A DNA stretch of 63,788 bases, counting the filler, from Octopus bimaculoides (Eukaryota), in NCBI RefSeq assembly GCF_001194135.2. It is 6 parts of 6 records of this genome, joined end to end, with 100 filler letters (N's around TTAATTAATTAA, not from the genome) between each part and the next. Parts side by side here need not be neighbours in the genome. Positions count along the whole stretch, not along the records: positions 1 to 8,648 come from NC_069008.1; positions 8,749 to 24,632 come from NC_069006.1; 4 more parts are not named here. One strand, 5' to 3'. The notes beneath the pieces are model-generated. The model was not told the origin of the DNA and ran no database searches. It worked only from the letters and a program-made list of their open reading frames with translations. Shown piece by piece: positions 1 to 12,045 of this stretch. The position numbers and the translations under genes are program-made. The stretch's first letter is position 1; every line of letters starts with the position of its first letter.

Positions 1-514
1 TCAATATCTTATTTCATATCATATAGGGGTCATTTTTTGCCATCTTACCCTTTGACTTCTTGAAGACATGTATCACTAATACATAACTTCAATTCTATCG
101 ACTATATGTTTCAATGAGAAACAACATGTCAGACATACTGGAAGTTCTGGACAACAGTATGAAGACTAATTCACATAAACAACAACAAAATTCATCCTCA
201 CTAACTTCTAAGGTTTCGTATTAGATTCGTTCATAAAATGAAAGTAATTTTAGGCTGTTTTATTGGTTAACCGTCGAGATTTATAGTATACATTTATCAT
301 ATATAATAAGTATTATATTTCATCCACTTTTCTCTCCGCACGTTTACATCTCATTTCCCATCTACTTTCGCATCTCACGAATTTACTAGTCTATTCAAGC
401 TGAGTTCACTAATATTTACCACATTGCTTAATAAGAATCAAACTGGTCATCTGCCATTATTCCTGACTAAACTACTATGTTGATCAAGTAAAATTAATAT
501 CTTATTCCACTAAT

Positions 515-942
515 TACTCTTTACTCTTTTACTCTTTTACTTGTTTCAGTCATTTGACTGCGGCCATGCTTGAGCACCGCCTTTAGTCGAGCAAATCGAC
601 CCCAGGACTTATTCTTTGTAAGCCTAGTACTTATTCTATCGGTTTCTTTTGCCGAACCGCTAAGTTACTGGGATGTAAATATACTACCATCGGTTGTCAA
701 ACGATGTTGGGGGGACAAACGCAGACACACAAACATATACACATACATACATACACATATATATATATGTACATATATAGGACGGGCTTCTTTCAGTTTC
801 CGTCTACCAGATCCACTCCCAAGGTTTTGGTCGGCCCGAGGCTGTAGTAGAAGACATTTGCCCAAGGTGCAACACAGTGGGAATGAACCCGGAACCATGT
901 GGTTGGTAAGCAAGCTACTTACCACACAGCCACTCCTTTGCC
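515..942 (-). mobile_element. tRNA-derived SINE family A, full length
   Basis: Head with A box (TGGCTGTGTGG) and B box (GGTTCATTCC); central CA/TA microsatellite; (AAAAGAGT)n tail; homologous to 11550-12000 and 24790-25200. Confidence 0.92.
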
Positions 943-2441
943 TACTATTGAAATTATTTAGCTAATTTACATCTTCCATGTTCCAAGTTGATTATGTTAT
1001 GATAGAAATTCTTCATGTGGCTCTCTGTAAAATATATGTTGAATTTCCTCCATTCATGATATAGGTGTAAATATTGCCAGAGGGAGATCTTATCTGGAAT
1101 TTATCCGGTAGAAACAACAGCCAGAAAATGTAACCTAAAAGAAACTGTCTATAAAGAGAGGCTGGTGACGTTAAGAATGTCTTTGGTTATAGATTTGCTG
1201 AGCTGATCTGAAGTCAAACAGCAACAACAACATATCTTACAGTGGTTCCATCTAAATACAACATTCAGCTAACTACCTTCAGTCACATCTAAATTCTTAT
1301 TTAGTCAAATCTAGATGAGAATTCTACATATAATTCACATCCAATTGAAGAAGTAAGAAGACCAAGTGACTGACATAGGCGATTATTTGTCGAAGGTTCC
1401 AAATCTGTGTTATCTTTTCACTTCATCTAACCTTTAGGAAACATTAGCTAAGAATATTTATCTTCAGATGTCAAACCACTAGACTTCTCAGCTTATGTTG
1501 CCATTGGTTCCTCAGGATTTTTCTTCATTATATCATTCCTCGTTTAACTCATGGTATATATATATATTCATTCAGCATCACCTGGACATTTATGTACATT
1601 ATACAGTAATACTACAATATCTAAATTATCAGGGGCTTAATCCTTTCCTACAGGAATCAAGACTCAATGCTTTCACTATGCTAGAAATAGCTGCTAAATT
1701 TCCTTAAGTCCCATCTTACAATACTAAAAATCGAAGAACACATTGGGCAATATAATACTTGGTTATAGATCGAACGTTTTCAGTTATGAGTCTGCTCGAT
1801 CAGTGCTGATCTAGAACTGAATAATTACTGTAGTGGAGTCATGTTTTCCTTCAGAATTTAATGCTCCTGGGTTTGTAAAACTGGAGTTTTCTGTGAGACA
1901 GATCTGTAATCGAGATAGTAGTTGTATTCAAGCAACGAGATTTTTAATTTCTAGCTTCAAAAATGTTTTTAAGTATTATAAGAATGATAATGATGTAAAG
2001 GATTCAGGACAGAGAACAATGTCCTAGATGTTTTATAGCAATGTCTGACAATAATATAGACAAAACGGAGTATAATGAACTTCAGTACCTACATAATAGC
2101 ATCAACTTAAATAGAAAACCAGAAGACACGATTTATACTGTTTAGTTAAGTATCCAGAGTTCAATTCCCATTGAAGTCATCTTTGCTTTTTAACATTTTT
2201 AGTTCAATGAAACGAATAAGTATGATATTCAAGGTTCCAGTAATTCAAGTGTACCTTTTCCCATCAAGTGACATTCGGTGTGTGTGTGTATGTGTGTGCA
2301 CAGGTGTGTGTATGTATATGGATGTGTGTGTGTGTGTGTGTGTGAAAGAGAAACAAACAAACAAACAAAAAAAGAAAGACAGAAATTGTGTGCATATGAG
2401 AGATAGAAGTAGTGGTAAAAAGACAGAATCGTTATACATAC

Positions 2442-2586
2442 CCCAAGCCAAAATTGAACTCCTCACCATAAAAAAATTCTGATATGTTTTGGATAAAACA
2501 AACAAAGCCAGACACACATGAAGCGCCTCTACAGTCATCCACATGAGAGATGTCAAAAGGAAGTAGTGTAACAGAGTGGCCATTGT
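2442..2586 (-). CDS. aGPCR exon: TM3, ICL2, TM4 start
   Basis: Acceptor ttattgcag|ACA, donor TGGG|gtatgt; 145 nt; TMATLLHYFLLTSLMWMTVEALHVCLALFVLSKTYQNFFMVRSSILAWG. Confidence 0.9.
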
Positions 2587-2788
2587 CTGCAATAACAACA
2601 ACAACAAAAACAATAATGATTGCTAACTTTGATACATGGTTTCAAATATATATTGTTTTGCAGGGTTGGGGCATTGTTAACGATATCGATGCCACTACTT
2701 GATTGGTAGTTTAGATTATTGAGCTCAGAAGGATAAAACTCAAAATTTGGGTTTCGGGATTTGCCAATCACACACCCTACTATAAAGA

Positions 2789-2867
<79 letters not shown>

Positions 2868-5800
2868 GTAATAATAATAATAACTGACTACCGAATATAT
2901 AATTAATCTAATTTAATCATTAATGTACTTCCCCTGATTATCTATGACTTCCTTCCATCTATTTACAAGCTTTTTAATCCCATCAATGTAAAACTCATTT
3001 GGTTTCAAAGAGAAGAACAGTGAAATGTCAGTTTCGACCTCCTCCTGGCTTGCGAAGTTATGTCCCCCAAATGATTCTGTAAACTACGAAACAAATGGTA
3101 GTGTGAAGGAGCAAGTTCGGGAGAATAAGGTGGATGAGGAATTTTTTCCCAACCAAGCTCTTCGATCTTCTGTGATGTGATCTTTGCAGTATGGGGTCTG
3201 TCATGATAAAACATCACTCCTTTTCGATTCACTAAAGCGGGTCTCTTTTTCTTCAAAGCTTGGTTCAAACACTCTAATTACTGACAGTAGACTTGAGCAT
3301 TGATTGTTGCATTAGGTGGTAACGATTCAAAGTGAATTACTCCTTTGCAATCCCACCAGATAGAGAGAAGAACCATTTTTCCATGAAGTTCCCTTCCTTG
3401 TTGTGGCTGAGCTTTTCCCTTTTACCAAGCCACTGTTTACGACGTTTAATATTTCGATAGAAGATCTATTTTTCGTCACCAGTCATAAGTCTATCCAAAA
3501 AAGGTGAAATAAGTTTGCGAAAATGGAGAGAATAGCAGATGTTAACTCGGGATTTGCGGTTGCTTTCAGACAATTCATGAGGCACCCATTTTCCAAGTTT
3601 AGGAGCCTTTCCAAGTTTTTGAAGATGACGATGAACAGTTTTATGGTTTTAACTAAGCTTTATTGCAAATTCTTTAACTGATAATGCAAGATTTTCTTCA
3701 AATAATGACTCAAGGACCTTATCCTCAAACTCAACTGGATCTTCATCTTCAAGGCTGAAATCTTCACTTCTAAATTTTGCAAACCGAAGAACTCATCAGT
3801 GGTTCCGGAATGCTCGTTTGAAAGCCGAAACAGGATTTATCCAAGCGGCACAAGATCAGAGTTTCCTCACATAGAACTATCAAGCTAACGTCACACACAA
3901 CGAGACAGACACAAAGTGTAGACCCTGCAATGACAAACTGGGGAGTATTAACCACATTGTTGCCGGTTGCTCAGTCCTTGCCGCTACAAAATATAAAGCA
4001 GGCATGATTGAGTTGGCCAATATTTGCACTGGAGCGTATGCTTTCACTATGATGTCCCGCACCCTAAGATCTGATATGAATACCATCCAGAGCCAGTCAC
4101 TGAGGGACAGAATGTTACCATCCTATGGGATTATGGGGTACATACAGATAGGCAAATAAATGCTAAATCACCAGATATCGTCACCAAAGACTTTTGACGA
4201 AAAAAAAAAGAATTCCTGTTATGGACATGAGAATGCCTACTGATACATTTCAAAGGAATTTGAAAAACTGTCGAAATATAAGGACCTTGAGACTGAGATA
4301 TCTAAGACGTAACAATTAAAACCCAAAACCATCCCCGTTGTTGTAAGTAACCTGAGAATGATCAAGAAAGGTACTGACAAATATTTTGACAAGATCCCTG
4401 GGAAACTAACAATCTATGAGACTCAAAAGATGCTGCGTGCGCCTTTGACCCACGAATAGTCAAGAAAGAAAGCGAAAAAATAAAGAAATACACCCCTCTT
4501 AGGAAAGAAATAACCCGGCTATAGAAAATGAAGAAGATGAATATAGTACCAATTATTGTTGGGTCCTTGGGGACAGTATCAGAAGGGATCATGAGGAATA
4601 TAAAAGAAATCGGAATAGAGTGCCCAGCAGAAATGTTACAATGTTACACAGTCAGAATAATCAGGCATGTATTAGATAGCTGAAAAGTGCGAATAGAATG
4701 GTACCGTCGGCTGCAGGTAGCAAGCCCGCTACGCATGCAAGACTCCAAAAGTTCCAACAAAACCTGAGATAAAAAAAAGAATAATAATTCTTTATTAGCC
4801 ACAGGAGTCATAAACCAAACCAAACAAAAAATACAAAACAAAAGACAGTGGAGATTTGAATAAAACACTTGTAAACAAAGGAACAATAACAACAGTATTA
4901 TAACAATAAAATTCCTCGGCAGGATGGAGTGCCATCCAGCGGCAACTAGGGAATCCAACAGATCCCGAGCTACCCTACTCACTGGGTGCAGCATGTTATG
5001 TATTCTTATTTCCTTTGTAACTTTCAGTCTGCAGGCGCATACTCAGAGTAGAAAGAACAATCTAAACATTAAATATAATATTTAGAGTTGTTGGAAGAAT
5101 CTGGAAGGAGATGACGCATGGACTGCCACTGGGCGAAATCTATTTGAAGTAACAAACTGTTGTTCATAATGTTCAAAATCAAAACAAAATATGTACGAGT
5201 TTGAATATGTTTTCACTTACCTTACAAACAATTATTATTTTCATAGTAAATACTCGCATGCCTATCAGAAAGATAAGATCAGTGACAGCTAAAGAACAGC
5301 ACAAGTTTACTAAAATCTTTGAACTCATCAATTTCCATAGATTTCTGAAAAAATGAAAAGACAATTTATTGATATTTCACTTATTGAAGCATAACTCTCT
5401 AAAAAATATCACTCAATGCATAAACAATAGCTACAACGTATAAAATATACGTTGTTGATACATTGACAACAGTGCTATACCATAAAATAGAATATATCAA
5501 TACATTTGAGTCAGTTGTAAACACCTTGTTATATGTAATATCATCATAGACAGAAAAATAGGAGGAGTTTCAATTTGGTGTTGGGATTTCACCAGCGACT
5601 GAGTATCCTCTTTATCTCTCCAGAGATACCTTGGTTATAAATCAGCTATTACTGAAGGTGTTGGGAAATCTGCATGGCCGAACAGCTTAGATAACGTATT
5701 TGTGGAAGAGACATATACATATACATATACACATGCATGCATATATACTTATGGACATACATACGTGCATACATACATGAATGCATGAATGCATACATAT

Positions 5801-5903
5801 GTACATCAACACATACACACACGCGCGCACGCACACACACATATATACAAATGGTGGTGCCCCAGCATGGTCACAGCTCGTGACCTAAAATCAGTTCAAT
5901 TCA

Positions 5904-5941
<38 letters not shown>

Positions 5942-8010
5942 TTTGAGAAGGAAGATTTATTAGAAATTCTCTCATAATGTAGAGGTTTGGACTTAGAAGT
6001 GCTCAAGAGTAGCTTCAGACGAAAGATATAAATACGTAATATGAAGAAACATAAAACCTTGTAATTCAATCCGCAGACATGACTCCGATTAGAGATGGAT
6101 TTAATTTATGCGTAAATTAATAGAGTTTAAAAAATCCCCGGATGGAACAATGAAAACGTTAAAACATGCGTGTATTAGTAAAAAATATTGGAGAAAGACT
6201 GAATTGGTGATGGAAGCGAAGTAAAAGATACAATGAGGAGAGAAATTAAAATTCGGGATAGTAAAAAATTAAAGTAGGATACCAACGGCCGTTTCTGGGA
6301 GTTCATTGCGGGAAAATAAAGGGATATAGTACCCATTATTTGGCAATCCTTCCTTCTTCAGGGTAACTGGTTTTTCATGACGAATGACGAATAGTGGAGG
6401 GGGGTAGGTTAATTTTTAGAGATAAGGTGCATGTGTGAGGAAGGTAAAGAATTACCTAAATTAAATCAAAACAACCCATCACTACTAAACAACTTGTCAG
6501 ACGTGGCTTTCTCATACAAACATAAAACTTGCACAACAATCTTACACTATAATAACTTTGGTTAGAATTAAACTAGGATATATCTTAAAACAAACATTCA
6601 TTCCTTTTTATTAATATTTTTATTGGAATATATTTAATTCTTTACCTTCCTCACACATGCACCTTATCTCTAAAAATTAACCTACCCCCCTCCACTATTC
6701 GTCATTCGTCATGAAAAACCAGTTACCCTGAAGAAGGAAGGATTGCCAAATAATGGGTACTATATCCCTTTATTTTCCCGCAATGAACTCCCAGAAACGA
6801 TCGTTGGTATCCTACTTTAATTTTTTACTATCCCGAATTTTAATTTCGCTCCTCATTGTATCTTTTACTTCGCTTCCATCACCACTTCAGTCTTTCTCCA
6901 ATATTTTTTACCTATACACGCATGTTTTAATGTTTTCATTGTTCCATCCGGGGATTTTTTTAAACTCTATTAATTTACACATATATTTTTAATATATCTA
7001 TTTATTTATAGATTAAAAAAAAACATAATATAATAATAGAAAATAGAATAAAATGTCTCTCTATTTATTTTTTTTATTCTATTATGTACNNNNNNNNNNT
7101 ATATATATATAGGTATACGATAGATGCGATGGCGATGATATGAATTGCGACAGCATGGCTGTTTATTTCTCGGTCCAAGACACTTCTTTCTCTTCGTTTA
7201 CGTATGTATGTATGTATGTATGTATGTATGTATGTATGTATGTATGTACCATTGCCAACACCATGTCACAAACTCTTTTAGTTAAGGAAATACTGGTCAG
7301 CTTAAAGCAAATGCTGACACTCTACAAATCTCAAGATAGTCCCGCATTCGAGTTGTATTAACATCTTTGGGAGGGTATTACTGCTACAAACACACGCACA
7401 CATGTACACCACTTCCACATATACAGAAAATACACGAATATTCTCGGCCACACTAAAAATATGTTCATCTGGGTTTCATTGAAAATATTAACTCACCAAC
7501 ACCCACAACAGTTTACAGGCATACTGTTTAATGAAATACAGACACTGATATAGTAGTAATAGCAGAAAGAGTGTCACTACTTCACTACAATACTGCATTT
7601 ATACTTTACTGAATTGACAAGTTACAACCCAACTTTGTTGTAACACACAGGATAGATCCCCACCGCCACTTTTATCTTTCGCATCTTATCCTTACATTGC
7701 GTCACTTACAAAACCTGCATTAACTATGTCCTATCACTCCTCTTCAGAGCGATAATATTCTGACTCCTCCCCTTATCCTGCAGACATCAAGCACATCGAT
7801 CTTAACAATTTGTGAGAAGCTCACAAACTGTTAGATGTTGTGTTTGTGTATCTGAACAGTTTATAAAAATAGAATTTGAAATGCTTACTTGAAACAAACA
7901 TGAATTATTACTGTAAGAATGAGACAGACAAATGATAGTCCACAGCCAATGTTTGAAAGAATGGATAAAAGATGAACATTCTCTATGCTTCCTTCATTCT
8001 GATAGACATC
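2442..8010 (-). CDS. Adhesion GPCR (ADGRG2/4/6-like, secretin-like 7TM), partial: complement(join(2442..2586,5221..5344,7889..8010))
   Basis: Three GT-AG exons with compatible phases (0/2, 2/0, 0/1) join into DVYQNEGSIENVHLLSILSNIGCGLSFVCLILTVIIHVCFKNLWKLMSSKILVNLCCSLAVTDLIFLIGMRVFTMKIIIVCKTMATLLHYFLLTSLMWMTVEALHVCLALFVLSKTYQNFFMVRSSILAWG. This matches recalled ADGRG motifs (IGCGxS, SKILxNL, CxxxAxLLHYFLL, WMxxEAxH, WG). N-terminal and TM5-7 exons were not found. Confidence 0.9.
2790..2883. repeat. (AAT)n microsatellite
   Basis: Directly visible. Confidence 0.95.
2913..3783 (-). pseudogene. Mariner (Tc1/mariner) transposase relic
   Basis: Minus-strand segments AKFRSEDFSLEDE, HLQKLGKAPKLGKWVPHEL, TGDEK, WWDCKGVIHF, HPPYSPELAPSHYHLF and C-terminal FYIDGIKKLVNRWKEVIDNQGKYIND*. 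It has frameshifts, the third catalytic Asp is changed to His, and no TIR was found. Confidence 0.9.
3786..4440 (+). mobile_element. R4/Dong-like non-LTR retrotransposon fragment (CCHC knuckle + restriction-like endonuclease)
   Basis: AAQDQS..NY, CRPCNDKLGSINHIVAGCSVLA, ILWDYGVHTDRQINAKSPDIV, EKLSKYKDL; stops and frameshifts. Confidence 0.82.
4500..4797 (+). mobile_element. Second R4/Dong-like 3' end with UTR and short (AAT)n tail
   Basis: KEITRL*KMKKMNIVPIIVGSLGTVSEGI..IGIECPAEMLQ..VRIIRHVLDS*. Confidence 0.72.
5221..5344 (-). CDS. aGPCR exon: ICL1, TM2, ECL1
   Basis: Acceptor tttcattttttcag|A, donor TGTAAG|gtaagt; 124 nt; NLWKLMSSKILVNLCCSLAVTDLIFLIGMRVFTMKIIIVCK. Confidence 0.9.
6107..6983. 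mobile_element. Foldback element / long-TIR MITE
   Basis: Inverted arms 6107-6454 and 6635-6983 (about 348 bp; about 8 mismatches and 1 indel by eye), 180-bp spacer, TA at both outer ends. Confidence 0.85.
7889..8010 (-). CDS. aGPCR exon: post-GPS stalk + TM1
   Basis: Acceptor tttgtttctattgcag|GAT, donor TTCAA|gtaagc; 122 nt; DVYQNEGSIENVHLLSILSNIGCGLSFVCLILTVIIHVCF(K). Confidence 0.88.
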
Positions 8011-8692
8011 CTGCAATAGAAACAAACAATATATTAACTAGCTCCTCCTTCTCCTCTTCTTCGGTCACTGCTTATATAAACTGTGAATGTATATAATGTT
8101 AATGTAGAATGTGAGGGCTACATTCTTTCACTATTAAACCTTCTTATTCTTGCTGCTATAATTCCAGTAGTTCCCTTTTTTAACAGAGCAGTAGTCTTTT
8201 AGTAAGTAGGACTAATCTATTTCAAAACTGATTTGTCGTGGGTATTGTTGAGTGTCCGTTATGACAAAATATGAACGACAACTTTCTTAAGAAGTTATTC
8301 ATCTCGTTTTCGATGGACATATGTTTTGAAATATGAGACGAATAAGTATGTAGATGCGGAAAGAAATGTAAAATTAAAATTACTTGGGTAACAAAAATAA
8401 CAGAAGTGAAAACAATCACAGTAATAGAGACCACAAACTGAATTGATTTAGTAATGTTCCTGACATCATGGACAATGACAGAAACAACATCAGTGGCCCC
8501 ACTATTTGCTCTTCTGTTGTTGTGATGTTAGGTGGTACTAGAACCGGTTTGGAATGGACTTATATATTGAGTTAGTTCAATTATTTCTGTCAGATAAACT
8601 ATGTACTATAGACAAGTGTATGTTTTATGGTTGTAGGGAACAGAATTGNNNNNNNNNNNNNNNNNNNNNNNNNNNNNNNNNNNNNNNNNNNN

Positions 8693-8704
8693 TTAATTAA
8701 TTAA
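8693..8704. other. Assembly spacer TTAATTAATTAA inside a gap (also at 24677, 54627, 56819, 59017)
   Basis: The same 12-mer sits in the middle of five roughly 100-nt N gaps and has stops in all six frames, so it is a scaffolding artefact. Confidence 0.95.
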
Positions 8705-8899
8705 NNNNNNNNNNNNNNNNNNNNNNNNNNNNNNNNNNNNNNNNNNNNTCTCTCTCCATCTCTTACATTCTTTGTCTCAGACAGACATTCACACACCCTC
8801 ACACAAACATACTGGTAGTGCAGGAGCAAATCCACATACTTCTAAACATAAGGAAACATACCTAGGTGTTAGGGTGTTTATATATATATATATATGTGT

Positions 8900-8943
<44 letters not shown>

Positions 8944-8952
8944 ATACATACA

Positions 8953-8987
<35 letters not shown>

Positions 8988-9683
8988 ATACATGTGTGTA
9001 TGCGTGTAAGTATGAATATATACGTCTGTTTGCATAATTATTAATGCTTACATATAATTATCTATCATGAAATGGATATATATACACACATACACATACT
9101 CACATATGTACACATTCATTTTGATAGAGTGATAGACTGATATAAATATATATATATTGATAATTGCGAACATGCATTTTGGTGTAGGCATATTGCATGT
9201 ATTTGTACAGGTATATATATATATATATATATAGAAAGAGAGAGAGAGATAAATATATATATATTTATGCATATATGTATATGTATATATACATGCGTGT
9301 TTACACATATATGCGTATATGTATATGTATACATGTACATATGTGTGCATGTATATATGTACATATGTATATACGTATGTATGCCGGTATGCATGTACGG
9401 TAATGAACTGCACAATCAGGTACCTGTCTCATTGATGCGTATTCGAGACTGTGCATCCTGCACCATCCACCCTTCTAGTTACATGTTTACACAATCAAAA
9501 CGGGTACAATTACAGGCAAGAAGTACATTGATGTTAACATATATGTAGTGCCTTATTATATATACATATACATATATATATATNNNNNNNNNNNNNNNNN
9601 NNNNNNNNNNNNNNNNNNNNNNNNNNNNNNNNNNNNNNNNNNNNNNNNNNNNNNNNNNNNNNNNNNNNNNNNNNNNNNNNNNN

Positions 9684-9718
<35 letters not shown>

Positions 9719-9796
9719 GTGTGTGTGTATACCTGCGTGTTATGACAAAACATCAACACTGCCGTATAGAATCTGAGGTAATGACATTGCGTAGAC

Positions 9797-10071
9797 CAGG
9801 GGTTTTCAAACTTTTTAACTTGCGAACCCCTTTATATTTCAGGCTTTACCGTAGCCCCCCCCCCTATAAACGCTTATGAAATTTATACATAAATATTTGC
9901 TTACAATAACATATTTTTACATTTATTTATTTAACAGTATTTAACAAAATAGGTTTATTGTCAATTAAAATATTTCGATTAAAAAACATATATAAAATCA
10001 AATTGCCCATAAAAAGTATTTGCTGTCCACGGACCCCCTGTGGTCCGCGGATCACAGTTTGAAAACCCCTG
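9797..10071. mobile_element. hAT (Charlie/Buster-type) MITE, 275 bp
   Basis: Perfect 16-bp TIR CAGGGGTTTTCAAACT / AGTTTGAAAACCCCTG; perfect 8-bp TSD GCGTAGAC (9789-9796 and 10072-10079) with central TA. Confidence 0.95.
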
Positions 10072-11549
10072 GCGTAGACGCACCTCCTACACGCTCATAC
10101 ACACTAGAACAGCTCTGATGAAGCAGACATTCTAACCGTGACCATCTCACCACTTTTTCTTTAGTTCTAGTTACTCTGTATCTAGCTAAGATCACCATTA
10201 ACGAATACGACTTGCCTTTACCTTTTTTTTTTTTTTTTTTTTTTTTNNNNNNNNNNNNNNNNNNNNNNNNNNNNNNNNNNNNNNNNNNNNNNNNNNNNNN
10301 NNNNNNNNNNNNNNNNNNNNNNNNNNNNNNNNNNNNNNNNNNNNNNNNNNNNNNNNNNNNNNNNNNNNNNNNNNNNNNNNNNNNNNNNNNNNNNNNNNNN
10401 NNNNNNNNNNNNNNNNNNNNNNNNNNNNNNNNNNNNNNNNNNNNNNNNNNNNNNNNNNNNNNNNNNNNNNNNNNNNNNNNNNNNNNNNNNNNNNNNNNNN
10501 NNNNNNNNNNNNNNNNNNNNNNNNNNNNNNNNNNNNNNNNNNNNNNNNNNNNNNNNNNNNNNNNNNNNNNNNNNNNNNNNNNNNNNNNNNNNNNNNNNNN
10601 NNNNNNNNNNNNNNNNNNNNNNNNNNNNNNNNNNNNNNNNNNNNNNNNNNNNNNNNNNNNNNNNNNNNNNNNNNNNNNNNNNNNNNNNNNNNNNNNNNNN
10701 NNNNNNNNNNNNNNNNNGTAATCTCGTTCGGCTTGCCATAACAAAAACAACCCAAAAAATAAAAAGAAAAAAGGAACCCCTTTCAAATTTTGTTGACTCA
10801 CTAAAGTTATTTCAAATTTATTATTATCATTATTATTATTATTATTATCACCACCACCACCACCACAACCATCTGCTAGTGGACGACAGCAGCAGACAAA
10901 CATATTGGATGGTTGGCAGGATGGATGGATGGATAGTGTTTTATCATTTTTTAAATTTAAATTAAATTCTTTTTTTGCTGAAGAAATTTTGTCTTTATTA
11001 TTTTTTTTTTTTTTCGTCTTCTGGTTCATGTTTTTGTTACTAAAAAATTAACTTAATATTAAGACATCGTCTAACGCATATCTCATTTCGTTTCGTTCAT
11101 TGTTCCGAACCATGGAGAGAGCTTATCTTCACACAACCATAAAACTTTGACACACGCAAAAAAAATAATAAATAAATAAAATAAATAAATAAACCTCGAG
11201 ATGATGAAGCAGTAACTCCTACCCAACCCCTGCTCGACAACTGCCAGGTTAACTGTGATTATCTATGCAATTAGTAGAAAAAAACTCCATCTTGAATCTG
11301 GTAATTTTTTTCTTTTTTTTTAAATGAAAGACAACCAATTAGACTTGTGAAATTTAAGAGGAAATAAAATAAGGACAAAAGAAATATAGATTGACTGTCT
11401 TTGATGCAAACTGATGAAAGTAGAGCACGTTTCTATCTTCAGAGAACTCATCAGTGCTGAATTAGCAAGACTTTTGAAATCAAGAACATATATATATAAG
11501 TATATATAAATGACGAGATAAATAGCATGATGAAATTTATTTAACCATT

Positions 11550-11717
11550 GGCGCGGGAGGCACTGTGTGGTAAGAAGCTTGTTTCCTGGCCACATAGTCC
11601 CAGATTCAGTCCCACTGCGTGGCACCTTGGGAAAGTGTCTTCTACTCTAGTCTCGGGCAGACCAAAGCCTTGTGAGTGGATTTGGTAGACGGAAACTGAA
11701 AGAAGCCTGTCGTATAA

Positions 11718-11749
<32 letters not shown>

Positions 11750-11997
11750 GTGTGTGTGTGTGTGTGTGTGTAATTTGTGTGTGTGTGTGTGTGTGTGTGT
11801 ATAATTTGTGTCTGTCCCCCCAGCATCGCTTGACAACTGATGTTGGTGTGTTTATATCCCCGTAACTTAGCGGTTCGGCAAAACAGACTGATGGAAAAAG
11901 TACTAGGCTTACAAAGAATAAGCTCTGGGGTCGATTTGCTCGACTATAGAGGCGATGCTCCAGCATGGCCGCAGTCAAATGACAAACGAGTAAAAGA

Positions 11998-12000
<3 letters not shown>
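11550..12000 (+). mobile_element. SINE family A, full length
   Basis: GGCGCGGGAGGCACTGTGTGG head through CAGCATGGCCGCAGTCAAATGAC..GAGTAAAAGAGT tail. Confidence 0.92.

Positions 12001-12029
<29 letters not shown>

Positions 12030-12045
<16 letters not shown>

Noticed and set aside
8222-8530. Minus-strand ORF of about 100 aa (DVVSVIVHDVRNITKSIQFVV...) just upstream of the aGPCR TM1 exon, faintly GAIN-like
   Set aside because: No GPS cysteines or tryptophans, bounded by stops, and no convincing splice sites in the needed phase; worth a tblastn but not supportable.
9395-9520. GPS-like fragments on the minus strand (DCV..GW..NETGT*LCS)
   Set aside because: Needs two stops and a frameshift, while the other aGPCR exons are intact; likely chance.
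9745-10200. WSRLEC...TQCHYLRFYTAVLM after removing the hAT MITE, resembling a GPS end
   Set aside because: Motif spacing does not fit the GPS consensus, there is no donor after LM, and the MITE interrupts it.
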